DNA of 64,000 nt from Psammoneis japonica (Eukaryota): the NCBI GenBank assembly GCA_008632985.1, contig QPGO01000148.1:62001-126000 (forward strand). The letters run 5' to 3'. The stretch's first letter is position 1. Every line of letters begins with the position of its first letter. The notes under the pieces are model-generated. The model searched no databases. It was not told where the DNA came from and worked only from the letters and a program-made list of their open reading frames with translations. Positions 50,016-62,239 of this stretch are shown here, in pieces. Both the position numbers and the translations under genes were made by a program.

Positions 50016-51872
50016 ATGGAGGACCAGAACCAGAACAAGAAAGAAGAGGAGGTGATGACGAGCAAGAAATCAGCTCCAAAGAAAGTCAAGAAATCTAGCA
50101 AAAGCAGCGCTGCTGGCAAAAAGAGCAAAGAAGTCTCGAGTGAGAATGTAGCTGCATCATCCGATGGCAAGGCGCAAGGACGCAAGAAAAAGCCAAAGAA
50201 AAAATCACCTTCGAGTCCAACAAACAGCGATGCTAAGGACCATGGCTATGTCGGCCAAGCTGGATGTACAGTGGAGGAGCAAGACGAATGGATCAAGGCG
50301 AAAGCAAAGGCGACTTCGACAGTTAAGAAGGATGGTGCAGGAAAGTCGGTACCATCAAATGCTAGCAACTTAGATCATGTCGGTGAAGTTGGATGTACCG
50401 TGGAGGAGCAAGATGAATGGATCAAGGCGAAAGCCAAAAAGGATAGCACAGTCAAGTCAGTACCATCAAAAGATGGCAACTCTGCTGGTGTCAGTGAAGT
50501 AGGATGCACAGTGGAGGAGCAAGATGAATGGGTGAAGGCGAAAGCTAAAAAGGATAGCACAGTCAAGTCGGTACCATCAATTGCAGGCAACTCCGCTAAT
50601 GCCAGCGAAGTAGGATGCACAGCGGAGGAGAAAGATGAATGGGTAAAGGCGAAAACTAAAAAGGCTAGTACCATGAAGTCGGTATCACTGGCCAAAGCAA
50701 GAAAGCAAGGCTCAGGCTCCAATGACTCAGACACGGATGTAGAGCCCGTGCCCAAAACTGCTCTGCGACGAAATGAGGAGGGGTCACAACCTGGGGCCGT
50801 ACCGGTTCCAGGGATTGGGGCCGCAGCCGGCGGCAATGAAGAAAGAGACTCCTTTGATGAACAACAAGACAACCTCGAACAAGCCGATGCACAGCAAAGT
50901 ACGGTAAATCCCGAAATGACCGATCAACAAGGCGACGTGCATCTCATTAATGCCGTCCTCGTAAATGACGAGGAGGATGCCAAGACAAGCGATGTTCCTG
51001 TTGCTGAGGCTACGAAACTGGAATTGCCTAAAGACCGCAAACGGCTTTACTGTCTCTTGGGATTCGGCGCCGGGATAATCATCGTTGTTGTGATTGTGGT
51101 GGTAGTGGTGGTTGTAACTGGGAATAGTGGAAATGGTGGTGACGCAGAACCTGAAAACTTTGAGGATTTGACTGTCGTCACACAATTGGACGACTCTCCA
51201 GAAGAAACGGGCTGGAGTTTGGTATGCGGTTCACGCGTCGTCAACAGCATTCCTCCCTCCACTTATGCCGGTCTGAACCGCAGGCTATTGACCATCAACA
51301 CAGAGGTCGGTTTGCAAGAGGATTGTGAGTTCACGATCATCGATTCTGCAGGGAACGGAATCACGGATGGATTCTTCCAGATCTTTCAAGGATTTAATAT
51401 GAAAGATCCGAATCTCCTTTTAGCCGAGGGGAGCGGTAATTTCACGGATTCTGCTTCTGTTCCTATTTTTGTCGAAACACCCCTTGACACGAGTTCTCCC
51501 ACCTCAACGCCCTATCCAACAATGTCTCCAGCGCCCACGGGTTCGCATGGAACAAGCACGCTCGTGGTTGAAATCCAATTGGACCAGTTCCCTGCCGAGA
51601 CGGGATGGAGTTTGATATGCAACGGAGATACTCTCGCCGACTTTTCTCCCAGAAGTTTTGCCACCCGGGCACAGCTCATTTCACAAGAGTTTGTCCTAGA
51701 TGTCGGTGTGGAATGTACCTTTTTGATTACCGATGAATTTGGCGATGGCATATGCTGCAGCGCCGGTAGCGGATTCTTCCGACTGACCAAAGGAGTTAAT
51801 GGAACTGCAATTGCGGAGGGCGGCGAGTATAGCTTTGAGCAGAAAGAGAACTTTACGATGACGGCCGCTTGA
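50016..51872 (+). CDS. Type II membrane protein: cytosolic repeats, TM helix, two extracellular beta-rich domains
   Basis: 618-aa intact ORF with 4x GCT(V/A)EE(Q/K)DEW(I/V)KAK repeats, a PGAV motif, a poly-Val TM helix and two LDxxPxETGWSL...FxIxDxxG(N/D)GI units. Confidence 0.85.
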   Translation: MEDQNQNKKEEEVMTSKKSAPKKVKKSSKSSAAGKKSKEVSSENVAASSDGKAQGRKKKPKKKSPSSPTNSDAKDHGYVGQAGCTVEEQDEWIKAKAKATSTVKKDGAGKSVPSNASNLDHVGEVGCTVEEQDEWIKAKAKKDSTVKSVPSKDGNSAGVSEVGCTVEEQDEWVKAKAKKDSTVKSVPSIAGNSANASEVGCTAEEKDEWVKAKTKKASTMKSVSLAKARKQGSGSNDSDTDVEPVPKTALRRNEEGSQPGAVPVPGIGAAAGGNEERDSFDEQQDNLEQADAQQSTVNPEMTDQQGDVHLINAVLVNDEEDAKTSDVPVAEATKLELPKDRKRLYCLLGFGAGIIIVVVIVVVVVVVTGNSGNGGDAEPENFEDLTVVTQLDDSPEETGWSLVCGSRVVNSIPPSTYAGLNRRLLTINTEVGLQEDCEFTIIDSAGNGITDGFFQIFQGFNMKDPNLLLAEGSGNFTDSASVPIFVETPLDTSSPTSTPYPTMSPAPTGSHGTSTLVVEIQLDQFPAETGWSLICNGDTLADFSPRSFATRAQLISQEFVLDVGVECTFLITDEFGDGICCSAGSGFFRLTKGVNGTAIAEGGEYSFEQKENFTMTAA

Positions 51873-52457
51873 ATGCCACGTTGCACGCCGCACGCTTGGT
51901 GTTCTGTTTGTTTCTGTTGACTGGGTGATATCACCAGGTTTCTTACACACGAAGACTGTTGAGTGGTTGGTTAAGTTTACAGGCCAGTTGCCTGTTGTAT
52001 TTTTGCGACTGCATCTATTTTAACAGGGTGATAGTCTTATTCATAGTCGAGCCCAACATTTTTCTGGAATAGTCTGCTGAAGTTGAAGTTGCTATTTTTG
52101 AGCACCAACGATCTAGCTATAGAAGGTACTCAGAACATGGCGATACCGACAACGCCGATCTTTTCTCCGAATTCTTTTCCTCCTGCTGCTGTGATGATTC
52201 TGTGTGCCTCTCACTTGTCAGCTGCGATAACCGGTGGAAAAGACCCTCGTACAATGAGCGAGACGTAGAGCGTATCTCTCTACGGTATATTGAAATAATA
52301 GTATGAGGCTCTAATTATCATTCTTATCCAATGTTGCTTGATCAAAGTTCGATTCATAGGTCTCTAAGCGACGTCATTGCTCCAATCTGCCATTGTCAAT
52401 GCGCCGGTGTGTAAATGCGTATGTGTTGGAAGAGGCTAACTAACCATCGATGGATGA

Positions 52458-53381
52458 TCAAAGGGAAATGTCACCGGGGTGATACATATCAATATCCTCT
52501 TCCAAAGTGAGACTAATGACTTCTTCCTCTTCGTCTGAGGGACAAAAGTTAAAGTCTTCTGCGAAAACACAAGAGGAAAGTACGAATACGTAATGGTTAG
52601 GTTCGAGGCAAATGGTCCACAAGATATATTAACTCAGTTTGCATAGCGTACCATCAAATCCTTTGAGCATCTCGTTGACTTGTCTGTCGAGTTCTTCATC
52701 TTGGCGCTTCCGGTGTTGGCGTTGCTTCTCGAGGACTCGCTCGTATTCAGCCTGTTCAAAGGCCTCGACAGCTTCTTGGTCTCGCCTGATTTGCTCAACA
52801 ATGGAGAAGTCTTCTTCCTCGTCCATTTCGTGTTTCCACAACCGCCCGGCGGGGAATTCGACATCCGGCACATCGTCTTCCAAAAGCTTTGACAAGTTTG
52901 GCTTAGCTGGTGTCAATGAAGGCTTTGTCTTTTGACTCTGTCGACGGAACTGCTGCGTTTCACTCGGGAGCGAGAAGCTGACGACTCGTTTGGGCGGGGG
53001 AGCACCAGTACTCTTACGCTTTATGGAAGATTTTCCCGTCGCTTTTGGCAAAACAAAGGAAGTAGAGGCTTGACGAGGAGTTTGATGCTTCTTAGGAGAC
53101 TGCTTCACCGCCGACTTCTGATGGAGGTCCTTTCTGGCTATTGATACGGAGCCTTGACCAGCTTTCCGATTCGAGATATCGCCGAGTGCTCTCCTTTTGG
53201 TGCTGGTTGATCTGGCAGGAGTTTTTTCGACCACGGACGCATCAAAGTTCGATCCCTGTTTCTGTTGTTGCTTCCCACCAAACTGTCGCATCGTCAAGTC
53301 GTTCTCGTTGGAGCTGGAGCTCCGGTTTATCTGAGACAACGGCGCTCGTCTCGTCGTCGACGACGTCCCACGATGAAGCAT
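52458..53381 (-). CDS. Disordered D-box protein, securin-like; 2 exons
   Basis: RRAPLSQIN and RRALGDISN (RxxLxxxxN), basic N-half, acidic C-half with VPDVEFPAG. Intron 52651-52559 (GT..AG) adds an acidic tail ending at TGA 52458. Confidence 0.7.
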
Positions 53382-53896
53382 CTTACGAACTGTAGACTAG
53401 AGCTACTTATCAGCAAGTGAGTGGGTTGGTATCGCTGCGGTGTGCTCAGGGCTGAGTGTTGCGTTGTTGTGTCGGTACAGTATCGCCGTCTTTGTCGATG
53501 TTTTGTTCTGATTTTGCTGTTCTGTGTCCTGCCACTTTTTAAAAGCAACGGTCTTCGCAAGCCGGTAAGAGACGTTATATATAAGAGATTATTTGAACAT
53601 ATATACTTGTATAACTAATTTTCGTGACGTGTCAAGTTGAAGCAGTGTATCTTTTTTGGAATTTTGACTGAGGCGCGCGCGGGTTCTCGTGTCAGAAATT
53701 CTGAACAACAGCTGGTGCGGTGTTCACGACAACCAACTGCACAAGCGACAGAGCGTTTGTTCGGTTCTCTCTCTGTACTAGTTAGTAGAGCATTGCTTCC
53801 AATCTTTTTCCTACTACTGAACGCGGTGAATGTTTTCTAGCTTTTCAAAGCGTACATTCGGCTATCTGCTACCCCGCTATCCATGCCTGTTGCTAA

Positions 53897-54932
53897 ATGC
53901 TAAATAAAGAGAAACAAAAGATGAGGTGCTTCCAACACAAGGCATTCGTCGTGGTCTCAATGCTACTTGCTCGCCATCTGCCTCAGATTATGCAGGCAGA
54001 AGCGGCATTCGTCCCCACGAGACGATCTTCATCTCATGGCCAGCGTCGGAGAGTCACAAGAAGCCTCTTTCAACATCACGTCCATCAAAGCTTTCATTCG
54101 AAAAAACTATATATTTGCCCTCTGTCGTCGAAGACTTCCTCCGATGACCCTGATTGCAAGCCAGATGCGCACGATGAAAACGCTATGAAAAACAAGAGTC
54201 AAGAGAAAAATAATGAAATAACTGCCTTTGCAGGTGTCGGCGAGTACGATCCATCTGGGAAGTTACCTGGGGAGAGGAAGGAAGTCAACGTTGGTGACCC
54301 ACAAATCAAAGTGAAAGACAAGGAAAAGTCTGTCACGGCTATTCTAAAAGAATTAGCTGCTATTCAGCAACAGGGTCCTCAAAAATATTGCATCCTTGGG
54401 ACACGACACTGCTCTTACTTGCATCAACAGATTATTGAATTGCTGTGAGTATTCGAGATGCTCCTTTGTCTCTCTGTTTCCACCCTTTCATCAATCTCAT
54501 CATGGTTGTCGCTTTCTCGCCTTGTTTGCCAATGCCACAAACCTACAATACTAAAATTTGTCTAGAGCGTACGCTTTGGTTCTATCGGGAAATCATGTTT
54601 ATACTTCTGGAGCAGGTGGGACGCACGCGGCAACGATTCGAGGTGCGCTTCGAGCTGGAAACGAAGAACTCTTGACAGTCGTGATTCCCCAGTCACTGAC
54701 GAAGCAACCCAAGGAATCGCAAGAGTTGTTGAGCAAAGTAACGAATCTTGTCGCCATGCCTCAAAACGATGAAATGTCTCTGGATATTGCTTCACGCATA
54801 TGCAATTCCTATCTACTGAGTCAAGCCGACCAATTGATCTCGTTTGCCTTTCACGAAAGTTCGACTGTTATCGAAGCCTCCAAGGAAGCAAAGAAGCTTG
54901 ATATGCTTGTGACGACGCTGTACTTGGATTAG
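53897..54932 (+). CDS. Plastid-targeted DprA/Smf-like Rossmann-fold protein (cyanobacterial type); 2 exons
   Basis: Signal peptide plus AEAAF and a Ser/Arg-rich transit peptide. ELAAIQQ.G..ILGTRH..HQQIIELL|AYALVLSGNH..TSGAGGT..LLTVVIPQSL..FAFHES. Intron 54445-54565. Start could be 53921. Confidence 0.85.
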
Positions 54933-55859
54933 GATTGGCTTTGGCTATTTGTAAGCTACTCCATTCGATGCGAGATAATTCGAATGCAAAGATAACTGTT
55001 TTAAGATCATCTAAGAACTTACTGCCACGTTGTGTCTTCAAGGCGACACTCCCTCCAAACAAGTAGTACAGAGGCGAGGCTCGCAGTCTGTGGTGGAGGA
55101 ATAAGGAGTGACGGTCCGCTGTACAATAGAGAAGTAATGTGGTGGTACCGTGAAGTTTTTGTCGCGAAGGTGCATATGCGGTTAGAAAACACAGCCTTCC
55201 GGAAGTGTCTTGCAGCTATTCTTCGTTTCGTGCTTTGCCGGGATGGAGGAATCATTTTGGCTATCGATTGTACAGCAGAAATGGTAGTCGTAATGATAGG
55301 AAAAACGAAGAAACTTGAGACTAGGAAATGCAAGTGATGTGGTATTTGATATTTTCCGTTGCGTGATTGTAGGACGGTAATATTGTTTCCTCGACAGGAA
55401 AAAAATGTGATTTGGTCTAAAGAGTAAGTACCTTGTAAGTAACTGCCTTGTGATTCTACTTTGAAAATGTTTCTTATCGTATCAACTCAAAGAAACTCTG
55501 TCAAGCAGCCATACGAAGGACTATCACAATGATAAATTATGGGCGGGTGGACCTTAGCCTTATCCGTTATGTTGTTAAATGCCGATGACGTCTCCAACAT
55601 GCCGTTGAAATTTGAAATGTGCGCGTCGACGACAGAACATCAACATTCAACATGCCGAAAGAAGATCGCATCGCATTGCTTTTCAGTTGCTGTGTTGCTA
55701 TTGGAACAATAACAAAATCAGATCGATACGTTGGTGTTGTTACTGTATCACTTTTCATTGTTTCGGCAAACCTGTTGCGAGTCTCTTTGATCTGAAACAG
55801 CCTAAAACAAACTTACGAGGTGACGAGAAACGAACAAACATACCGATTGATATTCAACC

Positions 55860-58682
55860 ATGGACGCCTCATCCATTGCAAGTAGCGCTGCTGCTCACAA
55901 CAATGACGACGCCTCCTCTTGCGTTATGGACTCTGTCGCTTCATCGACGTTTTCCAATTTCAGTAATTGGAGCTCTGCATTGGCTGGCAAGTTGTCGTGG
56001 TTACGAACTTCTTCTGATCATAACAATTGCAACGATGCTTTATCGATTGCATCGTCCGTGTTTCGAGAAAAGCAGGGAGATTTACGACTCTGTCTGAACG
56101 GTAAGGACGAACAAGTGAACTTATGGGAACTACGAGAGTACGCCTTGACTCGTGGTGGACTCTTATCGACCGCCACTCGTCGTCGTGCGTGGCCCAAACT
56201 CATGGGGATTCATCAAGACGTGCTGAGGCAAGCGGCGCTTTTGTCTGGTACGAGCAATAAGAAACAGCACCTGGAGGTATCGGCACGTGATCTCAAGCAA
56301 CTCGAACAAGATCTACGAGAGCGTGTCGAATGGAATATCGAGAATCAGGTGCATATGGCTCGAAAGCAACAGGCTCAAGACGATGCAATGGAGGACATGC
56401 AGCAGTACGAAGTTTCGTCTACCAAACGGGTTACGTTTGCAAGCACCCCACCCAAACTACAAGGATGCAACTCGGAAGAGTCCAGTGACACTCCTCCAGT
56501 CAGCTCCATCACGACCATGAGCACGAGCCCTAATGACGAGCAACCCCCGTCTTCTCCGGGAACTCTTGCGACCCTTGACGAGCAAGACGAGCTCACTACT
56601 CCGATGAGCGCTTCTCTTCCGAAAAAGAAGAAAATCAAGATTGCCTTGTCTCCCCATGAACAAGCCATCTTGCGTAATCTTGTAGTTTCCGTATTACGGA
56701 CTCCACCACCTCTCGAGAAAGAATCTTCGTCTGCGAATCAAGATGGTTACTCTTACTATTCTGGACTGCACAACCTTGCAGCATTGCTCCTGATCAATCT
56801 CGAGTCACCCTCCCTCACGTCCTTGATTCTCAACAAGCTTGCATGCTTTCATTTACACGATGCCATGATGGATGCGGCGTCTCTCAACCAGGTCGTTCAG
56901 GTTTCGTTCTGTTCCTTGTTGCATGAACTGGATCAAGACTTGTACGACCATGTCATTGTCCAGTCCAAGGTGATTGATCTGTCCTTTGTTACTAGTTGGG
57001 TCAAGACATGGTTTATCCAAGACGTCAATGAGGATCTAAGGCTTGCAAGTCGGCTTGTGGACGTTTGCTTGGCGAGTCATGCACTCATGCCCATGTACGT
57101 AATTAGCAATGAATCTCGTACAGTACGATGTTGGAATCACGTCGTACACTCATCTTGCTTCTCTGTCTACGTATCTTTTAGCTATATGGCTGTGGCAGTC
57201 ATGACACTACCAGAAAATCGTGAAGCAATCCTAAGCACATCGTTTGACGACGCCAAGTCAATGGTTGGGATGCTGCAAGACTTGCCTATGAATATGGATC
57301 ACCTCGACGATCCAGCAGAGGCATGGGAAGACGTGATCGATACTGCAGTATCGTACATGTGAGCAATACTATTTGTATCTTGTATGAACTTTTGCAAGCA
57401 TTGTCAAGGTGTCGTCTAACGAAATCAATTTTGTTTCTGTTTTCATAGTCGCCAGATTCCTCCGCCTGACCTGAAGGAACTCATCCTAGTACAAGAGGCC
57501 ACCAACGGACTGCAGATCAAGCACCTTCTTTCCACTACGGCAATGCTCAATGCTCCACCCTCGTGGGCAATTTCTTCAAAGGCACCCACCGATTGGGCTC
57601 TTTTGCAACAAGCCAAGCAATTGAGAATGAAAAGTAAGACGAATACCTTTCTACCTGCGATTCTTCGGCAGCAACAAGACGGTGGCAAGGGCGACGAAGC
57701 CACAAAGGAAGACGACAATGAAGCAAGCGACGATTCGTCTTGCGTTGGGGATATTAAAGCTATTCAGGAGAGCTTTCCTTCTGCTGCGGTGGCGTCTGGA
57801 TTGGGTGTATCCAACAAGTCCAAGCGAACGTTCTCTCTCAGATCTGTTATTGGGCTTCTTGCGGTTCTCGTATTTGTCATTGTCTTCGTATCGCTGTCGA
57901 TTGGCAGAGCTGGTAGTAGTCAATCGGTGGTTCAAGAAACAGCCACTCCTATTGTCATGAATTCTAAGGCAGAGAGGAAGATCCCAACAAAGAAACGTGA
58001 GCCTCCAGTAGTTAATCCGAAGCCAGAAGAAAAGAAGACACCGAAAGAGGAAATGGGGAATAAGGACGAATCAAAGACGAAGAAGGCGGAGCCATCACTC
58101 CAGACAGAGAAGGAAGAGATCAAGCCTGCAGATGCCAAGCGTCAAGCAAGCGCAGTTGCGGTGAAGCCATCCAGTGCTTTGCTAGTGAAGAAGCCGGCTG
58201 TCTTGAAGAAACAAAAGCTTCCAGAAAAGAAAAAGGAGGAGGTGAAGGTCGACTCAACGCCTCCGAAAAAGAAAGCTCCTGTTCCGTTTGTGTCCGCGGT
58301 GATTTCCAAAACAGTAGACCCCGTCAAGGTTGACCCACCGCCTCCTGCGAGGGAACCTACTGTTCCGTTTGTGTCTAGGGTAATGGCCAAGGCGGTGGAC
58401 TCGGTGACGGTCGATCCAACTCCTCCCGCGAAGGAACCTTCCGTTCCATTTGTTTCTATGGTCTTCCCACCTATGGATGAAACCAAAAATGCCCAAGTCG
58501 ACACCAAGTCAACCCAAGGCATTATTCCGTCTCTCATGTCAAAGTTGGGACACGGAGTTAGGAAGATCAGACTTGTATTTACCAAGAATCGGGATGAAAC
58601 GGGTACATCGCACAATAAGAGCTTGTTTGGAAAGCTTGCCTCATTCTTGGGAAGGGCAAAGTCGAAAGAGACCAAGCAGTAA
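55860..58682 (+). CDS. TBC1D20/Gyp8-like Rab-GAP-fold protein with TM helix and Lys/Pro-rich tail; 3 exons
   Basis: NLWELREYALTRGGLL..RRRAWPKLMG, YYSGLHN, SWVKTWF and RLVDVCLASHALMP motifs. Introns 57095-57181 and 57359-57448 keep frame. Confidence 0.82.
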
Positions 58683-58750
58683 TTAATTATCTAGATGACA
58701 ATGTGACGCGATACACGAATGATATGTAATGGTGAAACGCAAAATACGTA

Positions 58751-61429
58751 TTAGTGGTCTACCGTGAACGAATATGCGGAGCCGGATGCATTGCCATTGG
58801 CATCCGTCCAAACTGCGCCAGATGCAACAACTCTTCCGTCAGCCGACAAGGACACAGACCATCCAAGAACATCAAGTTCAGCCTCGCCATTTAAAGCATC
58901 ACCAACTTGTTTCCATTCGTTTGTGGTCATGTCGAACTGATAGATTCGAACTTGACCAGCATTGGTGAATCCATTCGAGTTGTGCCCCCTACTTCCAACA
59001 GCCACGACCCTTCCATCTCTACTCAACGATACTGAGTAACCAAATTCGTCACCAGGCTGTTGTGTTTGCAGAGCTTGACCGTGTTGACTCCATTTCGATG
59101 TGGAACGGTCGTGGACGTAAATAAAAACACTCTGATCATTTTCATTTTCTGCAACGTTGCTCACGGCCATGATCAAACCACTGTCGTCAAGAGAAACAGA
59201 TGTCCCAAAATGACCATTAACGAATTTACCATTGATTGGATCACCCAATGGATCCCATCTTGCGGACGAAGAATTGTATTCAAACACAGAAACATCACCC
59301 ACGTCTCTGCCACCGGAATCATGTAAACGTGCTCCAATGCCAACAATGGTCCCCGATTGACTCAAGGAAACAGAGCAACCAAACTGTTCATCTGTAGCTC
59401 GACCAATCAGCATCTGTCCGAGTTGGTTCCAAGATGCCTGGCTACGATCGTATTGAAATAGTCGCACCGAACCGGAATTTGCACCAATTTCAGTGGTGTC
59501 ATACCATGCTCCCACGGCAAGAACATCTCCCGCGTCCGACAGAGAAACGGAATAACCCAATCCACCACCAGCGTGTTGTCCGTTAATGTCGTTGCCGAGT
59601 TGCTCCCACCGATCCAAGGCAGAGTTGTATTCAAATACTCGAACTTGACCTGCGTCCTTTTCACCACTATCATTGTGAGTCGCTCCAACCGCTAGAACTG
59701 TTCCGTCGCCATTGAGTGATACGGACTCGCCAAACTTATCACCGTCGGCTTGTCCAACCAACTCTTGGCCTATGGAAGACCATTGCCGAGTATTTTGATT
59801 GTATTGGTGTACGATAGCATAACCTGGCTTGATACTTTGAGGAGCTCCTGCTGCCATGACGGTTCCGTGAGGAGCTCCTACTGCCATGACGGTTCCGTCG
59901 CGCGACAAGGAAACGGATTCGCCAAAATTATCGTTTTCAGCATGGCCGTGCAAGGCTTGACCCAAGGACTGCCAATCGGCTGGAATCACTGTAACGATGT
60001 CGCTGACTGCAACCAAATTTTCAAAAATACTGTTTCCGGCATTCACCCCCGCCGACTGAAGGTCATCCACGTATTGCGATCTCCTAGCTGATGCCTTGAA
60101 GGGCTCGGTCACCAAAACTCTCATGGACACATCATCACTGCTTTGGTCGGAGGCATACGTAACTTTTTGGTTGTACATCACCTGTAGAGAAAAGTCGGCG
60201 CCACTATATCCATCTTGGACAACACGGGTGTTGGTCACCTCCAGGGTTGTCTCTACATTTTGTATATTCGTACCTTGTAAATTCCGTAGCAGTGGACTGA
60301 GGCCACGACGTTGACGTGTGTTGTAGAAATCCTCAACGAAGCTTTTGGTTACTTTGATCCACAAGTCGGTTTCTTCTTCATCAAACTCTGTCGTTACACC
60401 GAACAAACTCATGACCAATCCGCTCGCTTCTTTGGTATCTGAGCTATTTCCGCCGCCAGACGATAGTCCGATAGCAACACCCACAATAGCTGCAATGGCC
60501 ACAATAACCGCGATTCCCACAAGAATGAAGCACTTTCGATGATGATTCCACCTCGCACCTCCGCCATTATGGTTGACTTGCGGTTTATCATTATTTGCAT
60601 CCGTCACAACAACATCAGCCACCTCGGCATGTCGAAACAGTGCAAGTTCTTGGTGTATCTGGGCCATTTGTTCTTCCCAATCGGCAGCCGGATCGGCAAG
60701 ATGCGCTTCAATGAGCACATCATCATCATCAGGGTCATCATTCGAGGGCTGCCGCTGCTGCTGCGGTGTCATTTGACCTGAAACATTGTCAGCGTTACGT
60801 CCACGCTGAACTTCTTCTCCTTCTGGACCGACGGCAACCGCCCCAGCCGCGACTGCAACCGAGTCACATGCGCTGTATGCGTCAAATGAATCCATCAAGC
60901 TTTGTTGTAGTAGTTGATGATGACGATTTGCATCATACTGATGTGGCTTCATCATCTTACTGCCAGAATAAGCAGCTGCCTTCTCGTCGTATGCTGATTC
61001 TAGAACGCCTTCAGCCTTTTGTGTCTCTTTTGTTTGACTGTACTTGGAGGTTCCGATTGTACCGCGAACGCCATGCCTTTCCCACATGGGTTCATCGTCG
61101 TGATGGATGGATGGCTTCGCGATCTTATTGCTTGAACTCTTCTTCATGCCTGTTCCATCACTCGCGGTTGACACGGCGAGCGGATCCATCAAGCCTTCTT
61201 GTTGTACTAGTTCACGACGAGTGGCAGCATGCTCGGGGTTCATCGAAGACGTATCCTCCTCATCGTAGTACACCGATTCTTGAAACCCTTGGAGTTCTTG
61301 TGAAGCTTGTGCTTGATTGTACTTTACGTTGCCGATTGTACTACGAACGCCACACCTATCGTACATGTCGTCGTCTTCGTCATGATGGTTGGAGGTCTTT
61401 GACGTCTTGTCGCTGGAACGGTTCATCAT
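58751..61429 (-). CDS. Type II membrane protein with FG-GAP-like beta-propeller
   Basis: TM helix followed by ~7 repeats of (F/L)GxSVSLSxDGxxxAVGA...GxVRxFxY...WxQxG. Likely start MMNRSS at 61429. Confidence 0.88.
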   Translation of the reverse strand: MMNRSSDKTSKTSNHHDEDDDMYDRCGVRSTIGNVKYNQAQASQELQGFQESVYYDEEDTSSMNPEHAATRRELVQQEGLMDPLAVSTASDGTGMKKSSSNKIAKPSIHHDDEPMWERHGVRGTIGTSKYSQTKETQKAEGVLESAYDEKAAAYSGSKMMKPHQYDANRHHQLLQQSLMDSFDAYSACDSVAVAAGAVAVGPEGEEVQRGRNADNVSGQMTPQQQRQPSNDDPDDDDVLIEAHLADPAADWEEQMAQIHQELALFRHAEVADVVVTDANNDKPQVNHNGGGARWNHHRKCFILVGIAVIVAIAAIVGVAIGLSSGGGNSSDTKEASGLVMSLFGVTTEFDEEETDLWIKVTKSFVEDFYNTRQRRGLSPLLRNLQGTNIQNVETTLEVTNTRVVQDGYSGADFSLQVMYNQKVTYASDQSSDDVSMRVLVTEPFKASARRSQYVDDLQSAGVNAGNSIFENLVAVSDIVTVIPADWQSLGQALHGHAENDNFGESVSLSRDGTVMAVGAPHGTVMAAGAPQSIKPGYAIVHQYNQNTRQWSSIGQELVGQADGDKFGESVSLNGDGTVLAVGATHNDSGEKDAGQVRVFEYNSALDRWEQLGNDINGQHAGGGLGYSVSLSDAGDVLAVGAWYDTTEIGANSGSVRLFQYDRSQASWNQLGQMLIGRATDEQFGCSVSLSQSGTIVGIGARLHDSGGRDVGDVSVFEYNSSSARWDPLGDPINGKFVNGHFGTSVSLDDSGLIMAVSNVAENENDQSVFIYVHDRSTSKWSQHGQALQTQQPGDEFGYSVSLSRDGRVVAVGSRGHNSNGFTNAGQVRIYQFDMTTNEWKQVGDALNGEAELDVLGWSVSLSADGRVVASGAVWTDANGNASGSAYSFTVDH

Positions 61430-61945
61430 TATGTTGTAGCAGATACATGCACATGCATCAGATGTAATATGCAATGCTTTACGATTTGTGAGAGTAATAA
61501 TACTGAGACGTAGACTCGTTCTCAGTTTTTTGCGACACTCAGTCACATCGTGACTGCTTTGCGCGAAACATATGGCCTCCCTGATTGACCCTATGATTTT
61601 TATGTGCGTATGATTGACCGTCGCGTTTTTTGTTTTGCCTTCTCATATTTCTCTGCGCGCGATCTCTATCATAATAGGGTTATTTTATCCTGTGAAAGAC
61701 GGGCATGCAATCAACGCAACAGTTGATGTCATCTTCCGACAACAGGTTCGGATAGCCTATCCTTGTGCATCAACGCATTGTATGACGATATCATTGACAT
61801 CGTCAATGTGACAAGCAGAGTCCATTTGCCCATTTTCACAATGAAAAAACAAAAATTTTGTCTTTCTGTTTTCGTCGCGCCCCCAAAATTTTTTCAATTT
61901 TTTCAAAAATTTTCAATTTTTTTAGGTGAATTACATATACCTTTA

Positions 61946-62239
61946 TTAATAGCTATGAGTTAGCCGGGGTAGGGCTAGTTGGTCTCGCACGTTTGGGTTC
62001 GATGCAGCCGTGCAACTAGCCATACCCTGCAGGAAGAGCTGTTGGTGGCGCGCGAGCAGAAGCAACAAAGCAAAGAACACGGCGTGGGTCAAAATGTTGT
62101 AAAATGACGCAACAACAAGCAGCGAGAAGAAACCCAACTTGACCCATGAATACAGCGCATACATATTGTCCAACCACTTCAATAGTATCTCGTATTCCCA
62201 GCTTGTAGATGAGGGGACGGCGTTCGCGTTTCTCGCCAT
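61946..62239 (-). CDS. Small hypothetical membrane protein
   Basis: 97-aa ATG-initiated ORF with two hydrophobic segments; no family recognised. Confidence 0.3.
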   Translation of the reverse strand: MARNANAVPSSTSWEYEILLKWLDNMYALYSWVKLGFFSLLVVASFYNILTHAVFFALLLLLARHQQLFLQGMASCTAASNPNVRDQLALPRLTHSY

